A stretch of 64,000 bases of DNA from Cyanidioschyzon merolae. Lineage: Eukaryota. Shown here in pieces: positions 20,618 to 31,100 of the stretch (positions are counted from its first letter, which is position 1; each line of letters begins with the position of its first letter). The notes under the pieces were generated by a model that was not told the DNA's origin, searched no databases, and worked only from the letters and a program-made list of their open reading frames with translations. The stretch lies in the NCBI GenBank assembly GCA_000091205.1, contig AP006496.2; one strand, 5' to 3'. Both the position numbers and the translations under genes were made by a program.

Positions 20618-21789
20618 ATCCCCTGTCAATGATTCAAAGAAAAAGTGTCTACTAGTACACGTCACCAATAGTTCCTGTAGCGTCAATAGAGCAGTTTCGT
20701 TGGTCACTGCTTAGAAACGCAAGGAATATGAATGCCAGTTGCATGTGGCGATAACGGCTGTGCCGTACGCGTGGCATGCACGGATCAGCGAGATCGCCTG
20801 GCGGGAAGCCGCCATACGATGCGTGCATGCGTACGTGCGTGCGCGATTCCGCAATGCGTAACGCCTCGGCGGTGCGCCGCGCGTTGCTGATCGCTATCGC
20901 ATCGCAGTCTTTGCCCTCAAAAGTGTTCCGCATTCAGGTGCATGTCATCAAATGCTTTTTCGCTGCTTACCGCGGACGCATGCAAAGTGCTTTCGTTTGA
21001 AGTGATGAAAAAACCAGGGGAAAGTATGGACATGCAAGTCGGGAATCCTAGGGGGGTCGTCATCGCCGGGTGCAGGAAAAACAACAAAAAATCCTCTTCT
21101 CGTTGACTCTCGAGCGAAGAAGAAGAACAATGGACGAAGAAGAAATGAGGAGATCGTCGAGAAAAGGCGTTTGCCCGATGGAACGATGACGAGACTTTGG
21201 CGCCATACAGGGCACGAGTCCGAGGACTCTTTGTATCAGTGAATTCCACCAGCGAGAACGAACGCATAGAGTTCGTGAACAGAGACTTCAACATCGCCAT
21301 AAAAATCCGACGATGTGCGGTACTGAAGACAAGACCCGCAGGGCTGTGGCTATCTAACTTTATGGAGCAGCCTCTCGGGCTCGAAGCATACGATGAGAAG
21401 CTGAAGCAGATAGCACGTGTACAGTCGCAAAAGGCTGAGAAGCGTCTGCGCCTGGGTAGATATACATCCTCGACATGGTCCTGCGACCTTTACGCAGCGT
21501 CCAACGAGGTACTGGGATCGAGGTGGCACGAGAGAGCGCCCGCGTTCGTGCGAGCTTTAGCGCGCAGCTTCAGTGTGCATGGGGATCCCGCAACTGATGG
21601 CACGTGGGTCAACTGGGCCGCTTCAGCTGCTACCCGAACGCCAATATGCAGAAGCTCCCTGCCTCTTGTGATTCGCTTTGCACATGTATCCGTCTTCTGA
21701 ACAGGGGCATTTCTGTTATTTCCATTCAGAGGCAGATCAAGGAAAGACAGCGAGAGTGAATCAGTGCACAGAAGGGTTTACGCTAATGT

Positions 21790-22937
21790 CAGACTGAGAT
21801 GGAATGGGTCCAGTTTGACAACTCGGGTGTATACGCTACTGGTTTGGCTTCTTTCGACTGTGATCAACACAGATATATGCGGGATTTCTCGGCAACCGCT
21901 TCCTTTAGACTCTCTCTGAGCGCCGGCTGTGAACAACTCGGTCGTTCCTTTCGAACTGGCTACGTTTGCAGCAGTCGAAGGACTTTGATGGCAGCGTTCG
22001 AGTCGCAAGGTCGCCGCCTGCAGCAGTTCTTCATGCAGTGTATGCATTGGCGTCACAATCGATACATGTTTCCCTTACTACGTGCCTTTGCTTTGTATGA
22101 ATCCGGGGAGCGAATTCGTCGGGGTATCGTTCGGCTGCCGCAGGGTATTCCCGTGGGCCTCCCGTGCCGCCTCCGCCTCCGAGCGCCGCCCTGGGGTGCG
22201 TCACCGCTCGCTTCTTCGCCCGGTACGTGCCCGGGACTGGTAGAGAGGGCGCCCCATGATATCTGCCTCAGTCTCAATGCCGAGTGCCGCACACTTCCGA
22301 TACGAGCCCCCTCTGGGCAGTCGCATAGGCGGGTACGCTGTTCGCTTCACAAGCAAGCGCACGCCCTTCCGATCAATAGAGGATTTGCTGAACGCAATGT
22401 TCTCCATGCACAACCAAGAACCGAGACGGAAATCCAGTATGGAAATCCGGTCGATATGGGTTGCTCCTTCGACACTCCATTCGAGTCGATCGCTGCGATG
22501 CCTCAAGTCAGCATTCAGGACCCTTCTCCATGCAACAACTCTTCAAACGACGACGCCGAGTTGTCTTCCTCGTCCATTCAACAGCGCGCATTGTCGCGTC
22601 CGCGAGTTGCCTTGGACCACAGAAATCGAAAACCCGAAGCATACCTGATTAGAGCATGCTGGTACCGCAGGGATTGGAGGAGAGCGGAGCCTCGTGCGTA
22701 TGCACTGGAAGATACGATCATCTATTTGAGGTGCCTTTGTTCGAGTGTGTCGCGAATCACCCCGATATCCTTGGCATCCTGAATTTCCGCGACAAGACGA
22801 TGGAAACTCCTGAAATTATCTATGAATCCGTAATCCCGTATTGCTGCACTGCGAATCTCGAAGCTCTGTCTCTGGTAAATCGTTCGGAAAACCCAATCGA
22901 TACGCAGGAACAGATCGACAAGTTCAGCGTTCCATTT
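21790..22937. repeat. Inverted repeat copy B (~1148 bp), partner at 9990-11137
   Basis: Reverse complement of 9990-11137 at about 99% identity; about 7 amino-acid substitutions across the mirrored ORF-track peptides, e.g. YARVVKLD vs YTRVVKLD and IRNTLEQ vs IRDTLEQ. Confidence 0.9.
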
Positions 22938-25126
22938 TAACCCGGCACGATCGTACAATACACTTGGCACTGTATGCAGCGCGGTGCTGGTCGTCGTTCA
23001 TGGGCCCAGTATGCACCGGCTATAAAAAAACATGAGGACAGTAGACCCTGTCATCGTGCGCGGGTTCTGCGAGTCATACATTGCTGCTACAGGGAAAACG
23101 CCAAGACCTGGATCTTGCATGCCTTGATTTAGATCGTGCTGTAGTTTTTCATCGATATCTAGGATCCATCTACGAGTCTGAAAGTAAGGAAAACTGCAAC
23201 CGATGCGCCTCGAAAGAAAAGTGGACGCCGCAGCATGCACCCAGGTACATCCATATGCACAGTCTGTTGTCTTCATGGGCAACGAAGCACGCACCCGGCC
23301 TTGCATCGGGTTATCATCCACCACGGCAGCCTGTGCGCACATACCTGGCGGCCGCCTGAGGATGCGAGCGTGTTCCGCACAAGTAACCGTTGAATCAAAG
23401 GCAAAGGCACTTGCACAGAATTGAAGGTTGACGCGTCAGTGAGAGCTGGCATCGTCCCACGCGTAAGAGCCTTGTCAGCATCATAGAACCTCTGCCAGGC
23501 ACTCAATGGCGTGACAAGGGCACAGGCGGGCTCCCGGAGACCTCCAACGACCGCCACCCATCCATGATGATGCAGCATCGCTGAATCTTGTCTGAATCTC
23601 ACGGGTACACAGGCGCTGCTGATCGACAGGGCTGGACCAGCACGCGCACCTGTGACCTAACTACGAATTCCGCCACCTCCACAGCGATATGCTCCACTTG
23701 TGAAGAGAACTTGTAGAGCAGGCACCCTGGAAACGTCGTCCAGACACGATGCGGTCTCGTCGTCTCTGTGCGAGCTTCGATGTGACGCTTCGCCAGCGTT
23801 GAATCTCTGCGGACCGGAAGCGGTACCGCTCCAGAGCCACATGCAACAATGCCCCGAATTCGAGCAGAGCGGTATGGCGGAGCTCTCGGAGCCGCCTCAT
23901 CACATCTGCCACAACCAGAAATGTGCAAGTCATTCGGAAGCGTCGCATGGAACGCAGTTCCCAGCGTGGCAGTTGCTTGGAGCGACAAGCAGCGTTTTTC
24001 GCTCCACTCATGGATCTATATCGTATCTGCACTGAGAAACACCTCTATATTACGCGAGATATGCGATCAGTAAAAAATCCAGATTCACTCCATGATACCC
24101 GCGCGCTTCTGCGAACACACATGGATGAACGCTTGGGAAATAGCTCCCTGATGCTGTTCTTCATCGCGCCTGTTGATTATATAGGAATCGGTGCTGATGC
24201 AAGCTCGGTGGTAACTTCCCGTACGGGCGCCACAGACACATCCTTCACGTTCTGAATGAGTTTCTGCTACTCGGGGTGCCTCCTGGGCGTTCAGGAAGAG
24301 GCTGGAAGCCCCTACGTGAGGCGCAGGTTCCACCCTGACACCAAGTTCACACGTTCGCTGTGTCGCAGTTCGACAATCTTCAGCGCCCAGCGCGTGCAGC
24401 GCACGTGCGTTTGTATGCACTGTGGATCGCGAACGAGCCGAATCTCGGTTTGCGTCGACAGCTGGGGTCCGCACTCGAGCACCTGCGCGCAGCGCCTCGA
24501 TTTGGAATGCGCCAGAGACAGCAATGCGCAGCTTGATTCAGCAGCCTTGTTGGCCTTGGTATGCACCCAGTGAACCCCATAGGTCAGGTTACCTGGAGAT
24601 TACCCCATATTCTCAGCGGTACCTGTCATAGGCCACCATGCAGAGCATCGGTGCCCGGATTCCACCACAGTGCGCCGCCCCTGAGACACTCCGTATAAAA
24701 ACTTGTCAGATACCACAACACACGAAGCCGCAGCGACCACTCAAGCGTCCCCAACGACGCCATTTGCGTTGCAGCAGTGCCACGGGTGCGTCCGCCGCCC
24801 TGCACGCATCGTTACGAACGGTACCGAACGGAGCTTCTCTCACAGACGCTCATGGCAAGCTCAGCGAACGATGGAACATTCGAAATGACCAGTATCTCCG
24901 AGGGAAAGCATGGGACATAGAACTTGGAAATAGGACGTGGAACGATGAATGCGCTTCTGATCGTTGACACCAAGCAAGCAATCGGCGGTACTGGGTCCCC
25001 AGCACCATTGAAGGAAACAAGCAACCAGGCACACAGACAGCGCCGCTCGCGAGATTCGAACCTCCAGATGCAGGCACAGGCGAGCCTTCGCGGGACGCGC
25101 CACATCGCCGCGGCACGCACGCAGCA

Positions 25127-25170
25127 TCGAATGCGTGCGTGCGTGCGTGCGTGCGTGCGTTCGCGCGCGC
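25127..25170. repeat. (TGCG)n / (GCGT)n tetranucleotide microsatellite, about 7-8 units, alternating purine-pyrimidine
   Basis: Seen directly: gaatgcgtgcgtgcgtgcgtgcgtgcgtgcgttcgcgcgcgc. It lies immediately 5' of the RhoGAP coding region. Confidence 0.85.
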
Positions 25171-25243
25171 TCCTTCAGTCGAAGCTTCACCAGCGGCACG
25201 TCTCTCGTGCTGCTTCAGCTGTTTGTTGGTGTCGATCAGGAGC

Positions 25244-26581
25244 ATGTTGCCAGACACTGTCGTTCCAGCAGAGATACGTAGAGAAACCTCTTGCACTTGT
25301 GATGCTGAAGCGTTCAACGCGACGACAAGAGATATGAGCGCTGTGTCCCAAGTACCTGAGGTCTTGGCGACTGCATTGCCCGTGGCGGGTAGCGCAGTGG
25401 CGGGCGTAGCTGCAACCCCCGACTCTTTGACACAATCTGATCACCAGGTGATCCCTGGAAGCACATTACCTGTGACGTCGTCAACGACAGCGGGGCGCTT
25501 TCAAAATATCGAAGATGGAACAGAGCCAACTGCGAGTGCGTCGTCAGCACTCCGAGTGACGCTGATTGGGCGCGATAGCCTGCGGCCCGAAGGGAAGGGT
25601 CCCGGGCAGGGCGGCCCACCGGTGCGTACCGAAGTTGCGAACCGGGTGAAAGTGTTGCTTTTCAAGCAGCTGCAGAACGGTATTCATCCTGGAGGTGGGC
25701 ACAAATCTGCGGCATCGCATACTGAGCGCCTGGTCGTGAACGAGCCGGAAGCTCCCCACGGGTGTTTCTGTCGACGAAGTAGCAGTGCGCACCGCACCCC
25801 AAAGCCTGCAGTGTCGGCGCCAGCAAGCGCGTCCCAGGTCGACGACGAATCAGCACCCATTGCTGCCTGTGTTCTATTCGGGACGGACCCACAGCAACCC
25901 TGGAATCGTTCCGCCGTGCACCGCATCAGGCTTTGCGTTCGCCATCTTCGCGAGTGTCGCGGCTGTGAAACACCTGGTATTCTCGGAGCGTCCGGATCGG
26001 CGGGAGAAGTCGAACGACTCCGACTGCAGACTGCACATTCCGGGAGTCTTCCGACGCAGGCAGACCCGCATTCGATCGCGGGGCTCCTGAAGGACACGCT
26101 CCGGCGAACGCGTCCTGCACTGTTGTCATCAGATGGCTACCAGTGCTTCCTCGAAATGGCAAGGAAAAGCGGCCCGGGTACCTCCTGGGATGAGGCCATC
26201 AATATTTTCCGTCTCTGGCAACGTATTAGTGCGAGTCAACCGCATTCCTACTGTCGAGATGTACTTGTAGAGATTTTACTCCTGCTCAACGAGGTAAGTC
26301 GCCTCAACGACATCAACAAGATGACGAGTCGCAACCTGGCGGTGGTCATGGCGCCCTGCCTTTGTGACTGGGACCCGCTCCGGCCGAATGCGCTCGAGCA
26401 ACTGCATGTCATGACGGATATGGTGCAGTATCTGATAGAACGCGCGAAATTCGTCGCGGACATGGAGGGTCACCCCGGTACTGGACACGAGCGCATCAAC
26501 CTCGCACCGGTCTCTTGCGCGTACCATTCGAGCGCCGAGTCGCTCAACGCTGCGACCGTGAAACCGCCATGCTACGCGTAA
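25244..26581 (+). CDS. RhoGAP domain protein (arginine finger replaced by Gly)
   Basis: Track ORF 25139..26581 starts with GTG inside a (TGCG)n microsatellite; the first ATG is at 25244 (MLPDTVV...). The RhoGAP domain is clear: CRGCETPGILGASGSAGEVERLRLQ...DPHSIAGLLKDTLRRTRPALLSSDGYQCF...DVLVEILLLLNEVSRLNDINKMTSRNLAVVMAPCL, compared with the consensus GIFRLSGSAGKVKQL...[20 protein letters not shown]...NKMSVQNLATVFGP. Confidence 0.85.
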   Translation: MLPDTVVPAEIRRETSCTCDAEAFNATTRDMSAVSQVPEVLATALPVAGSAVAGVAATPDSLTQSDHQVIPGSTLPVTSSTTAGRFQNIEDGTEPTASASSALRVTLIGRDSLRPEGKGPGQGGPPVRTEVANRVKVLLFKQLQNGIHPGGGHKSAASHTERLVVNEPEAPHGCFCRRSSSAHRTPKPAVSAPASASQVDDESAPIAACVLFGTDPQQPWNRSAVHRIRLCVRHLRECRGCETPGILGASGSAGEVERLRLQTAHSGSLPTQADPHSIAGLLKDTLRRTRPALLSSDGYQCFLEMARKSGPGTSWDEAINIFRLWQRISASQPHSYCRDVLVEILLLLNEVSRLNDINKMTSRNLAVVMAPCLCDWDPLRPNALEQLHVMTDMVQYLIERAKFVADMEGHPGTGHERINLAPVSCAYHSSAESLNAATVKPPCYA

Positions 26582-28116
26582 AGACACCACGACCTCGTAA
26601 TCGCGTTCCTGTCAGAGGTGACCTCAACTGGAGGCTTCGACCCATTCCCGCCCGCTGGTTGCACTTGCATCACGACCATTTGCAAAAGCGAGACCCACGG
26701 GATGTTTCATTCCGATGGAACGACCACGCTACATACGCTGTTGGTGTGTAATCGCCGCGAATGTCTGGCTTTGCAGTTGCTGGGTTCACGTCGGTAGCAG
26801 GTCCGTCACTTGGCGCTGAAGCTGCAGAACATTCTCGGCGAGTGTGCCTGTCGAGCACAGCAGGCGAGCGAATGCGGGAACATGGTTACCGTGTAACGTC
26901 GCCCCGAAGGTCGGAAAGCCCCAAAGACGCAGTCCTTTGAATGCGGCTGGCTCAGTGACCCTGCTGGTCAGCCTGGTGTTCCAGTACCTAACGCCGTTGC
27001 GCACTGAGCACGCGATGGAAAGGCCGCAAACCATGCTGGGCACCTGGTATCCGAGCGCATGTGGCGCCGAAGTTATGGCCTCTGGCTTGGTCCTATAGCA
27101 CGCCGCGCTGCTCGTTTTAAGCAGCACGCCTTGTCTAATAGGCATGCTTCGGGCGCGGCGAGCACCAGGGACCTGGCGGGTCCGCGGACTCGTTCCAGGA
27201 CCTGCGGGCATGGCGCACATGTGTGGGTTTGTGTGTACACGGAACCCCGACACGAGAGATATCCAATGCCACGATCGACTCTTGGTAGAACATAGTATCT
27301 GCCGGATATTCTAGGCATCCCACAGGCCGCGGAACGGCGCCCAGTGGTCAGTCTGCAAGCCTCGGGGATGCCATGCGCCATGGACAAACAGGCGACGCAG
27401 AGCAGCGCCCTCGAGTAGACGTCCGTCGGGGTAAAACATGAGGTCGCGCTGACCCTGCAACGCGCCTCTGGCAGCGTTTTCAATAGCGGGGTAGGCGTCC
27501 GTTTTGGGTTTGCCTCCTGGAGCGTTCGCGGATCGCTCAGACCCGTATTTTATCGGAGGATACTCCCCGGAAACAGCGAGAGCATAAAAGCGTCGGCAGC
27601 GGAGCTGGGGTCTGTTCCTGGTCGCTTCGCAGGCTCCGTCCATTCATAACGCTCCAGTTCCATGCATTCATCGATCTCACACGACCTACCATGTAAAGTT
27701 TCTGACGGTACTGATTGCCGTCCAGCTTGCAAGCGGGGTCAGATGCTGCTTGCAGCCATCGCGCCTGAACAAGCGACCTGTATACCATGTTCGCACACAA
27801 AAAAGCGCACAAGGTGTTTTTCTATTCATTGGCATGCGCTGCGGTGCTCTCATGGCAAAAGCGTGCAGTACGGGCGGCGCGACTCGAACGCGCGATCTTG
27901 TGCGTGTTAGGCACACGTCATAACCATCTAGACCACGCCCGCGCGACGAATAAGCATGCACAACAATTGATATATAAATGCTTTGGAATCTGTGCGCAAG
28001 GATGGCGAGTATGATTCGGATTCGCAGGGGCGCTGCTCCGAGCCCCGAGGTACTGGACGTCCTCGTTGACTAGCGGAGCGTCTCAGACAGACCCAAGAGC
28101 GTTGTGGGTTTCACTC

Positions 28117-31100
28117 ATGAAAGTCCTCAATAAAAGCGGGCGCGGAGAGCGGCAGTTCAAGTTCTTGTCGCTTCGCGATCGTCTGCGTCAGCTGAACACA
28201 AGCGATGCGGAGCGACTTCGCAGACCAGTCTTGGTCAGCGAAGCGTACGCGTCACGAAAGCACGAGTCGGCGTTGGATACGTACCTGCGGAACGCCATTG
28301 CCGAATGGAGCGATCGTGATCGAACACGCTCATTCCAGGCGTTTGCAAAGTCCGTGGAAGACTGGGTGATCTCACTGCCGCTTTTGCTTCGAAACCGGAA
28401 GCGAGTCTTTCGGCAGTGGGTGCTTGCTGTTCGCGAGCGATCGCCGTCGTCGTTGGCGGCGTTGATAGTTTGCTGGGAGGCTCTCGCACTGGATCTGGCT
28501 GCAGAGTTTACACCCTTCATACGACCGTCCTTAGAGGTTCTAGCAGGCGCTTTGGACTTGGAAAACGCGGATGAGACGAGTGTCTTCTTCTCGACAACAG
28601 CGCGGCTCTTTCGCTGCTGGACCAAGCAACGGCGCTTTGGGCAGCAGCAAGCGCCTCAAGTGTTGCGTTCATGGGCGGCGATGCTGCTCTGTCATCGCAG
28701 CGAATATGTACGTCTACTTGCCGCACAGAGCGCTGGCGTGCTTTTGCGTCGACTCCCGATCGAGGACATACAGCCGCTGGTTGCAACGCTGGTCACTCAG
28801 TCGGGCACCGATGCCGCCACCACCGAGACGCAGCGGAGGATGGCAGACGGCCTAGCGGCAACTTTCTTCTACGGATGCTGCGGCATTCGAGGGGAGCCAC
28901 ACTCAAAGGCCCCCGTCCTGCTTGAAAAGCTTCAACACTGCATCTTGCACCACGAAGCGCATTATGACACATCGGATGCCTTTCCGCAGATGCTCCTCGC
29001 TGCGCTTTGGTGGCGACTAGGGCGAGCGCTGACGCCCAGCGCCCTTGCACAGCTGCAGGAATCCACTTTGCTGGTTTCCCTGGAGCACGCGCACCCGAAA
29101 CGTCTCGTTCATGTCATGGAGGCACTGGGCGCCTGCCTCTACGGATGCTGCCGCAACGCGGTATCGTCGTCCTCGGAGCGTGCATCGCTCCTGAGCGGGA
29201 CGTTCGCTGCAAGCGTTTCGACTTTGCAGCTGGGACGTGGTTCGGAACCTGCGCTGGTGTGGCTCCTGGCGTCCTACGGAGATGCTATTGCCCGCCTCGG
29301 CTCTTTGGCGCAGAAACGACGTTTCCTCAAAAGCCTCACAGATGACTTGGCGGACGTCCGAGTTGCCGCAGCAGTGCTCGAATCGCTGGTTACACAGACG
29401 GAGGTCTGGCGCTCCCCAGAAGCGGTTCCACTGCTCGGCGAAGTGCTTGGCTGCGTCTACCAGCGATTATCCAGAACCAGCCTGTCGCGCAGCGCTCATC
29501 TCTCCTGGATATTGCGACTTGTCACGAGTATCAGGGAGACGGACCAAACAGCTAGTGACGCGCTGTTATCGACTCTGCAACGCTGTCCAGGGATCTGGCA
29601 AGTCTCGGACCTAGAAGACAACGATTCATCAATCCGCTATCTTGCGCTGCAACTGGCAACCATGGTGCGTCTCACAGGTATGGATGACGACCAGCAGGAT
29701 CGATTGCGATGCATCCTGCAGGACGATACCTCTCTAGCTGCGCTCCTGGCTCTGTGTCGGCAGTTTCCAGCCGACAAGCCCCTATTAGACCGCTGCTTCG
29801 AGGCCGCAAGTCAGTACCCAGTAACGCCGGGTACAGAGGCTGGCTTTGACGCACTTGTACGACAGCTACTTGACCGGGACCCTGAAGGCAGCGACTTGGT
29901 GCTCTGGGCGACACAGACAGAGCGCTTCCGTTTGCAACGTGATGCTCTGTTCAGCGCAGCGGAACTTGAGCTGTGTGCGAGGTTGGCGAGGAGCAGTCCA
30001 CATCCGCAGCTGGAATCGTTTTTCCAAGCCATGGCTGAAGTCTATCAAGTCGCTTCCTCGTTTACTCGGGAAATAGACCGAATTGACGCAGCTCGTCTGC
30101 ACCTGAGACGTGTTTTGATGATGTTGCGACAGCAAGGACGTGCGAACATGCCCCAGCAGCTGGTGCGCTTGGAGCTTTTCGCCATTCTGGGCATTCTTCA
30201 ATTACCACTGACGCTGTACTGGGAAGAGGTTCCCGCATTGTGGCGAGCTGCTATGGAGCAGGTGGATCCAGCAGCACTCTTCGAGCAGGTGCTTTTGCCG
30301 GTGTTTCAGGCTACGCAAGCTCGTTGCAGCTGGGTATCCCAGCGCAGTGAGCGATTTGCTGGTGAAGAACGCGCTGGTGCCCTAGGATCACATGAAGATG
30401 CTGCAGATGCTGCTTCGACACCCGAGTCGAGCGCTGCACCAATGCTCCAAACGACTGTATCGGGGGCGGTCTGTTCACCTGAATATGAATCCGCTTCTGG
30501 TGCTGCTGCTGGTGCTGCAGATGCTGCTTCGACACCCGAGTCGAGCGCTGCATGCTTGTTACCAGCCGCAGAGCCAAGCGGGCCCAGCTCTGGAACGCAA
30601 CCTGGCGAGAAGGAGTTGCTCCGAACCGCCAAAACGGCGCGTCTGGAGGCAAAAGCTGCACGACCGGGAACATCTGCACCGACGCATACGTCGCTCGCCC
30701 AACGGAGACGCAGTGATCCGGCCAAGAGAGCCGCTCTGTCGAGCGCGCCTTTATGGCCGTGGCTCGCGAATACCAAGTCATCAAGTGACCGAATATGGCG
30801 GCGACTGAACCTGTTTCAGCCAACCGCAGAAGAAGCAGCAGGTCAGTGGGCAGCACCGCTGAACGCTGCCACGATGACGAATGCAGCTTCAACTGATTCA
30901 GCCGTTGCTACCGTTGCTTCTTCTCCCAGGACCGATACATGCCTGACGCGCTCGTCCGTCGGTCTAGGATCATATCCCTATTGTGTATCGCCGGCACCAG
31001 TTCAGAACGCTTGTCTGGATGACGAATGGAGCTCTCGTCGTCTGGCTCTCGCTCGACAGATCATTCCAGCGGACGCGTTTTACAGGAATCTGCTGCAACT

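Noticed and set aside
25040-25115. Possible tRNA on the minus strand, suggested by a B-box-like GGTTCGAATC (plus-strand gattcgaacc at about 25052-25061)
   Set aside because: When folded by eye, the flanking bases do not form a 5-bp T-stem (ggagg vs ctcgc) or a convincing acceptor stem. TTCGAA is palindromic and common. No A-box at the right spacing. I treat it as chance.
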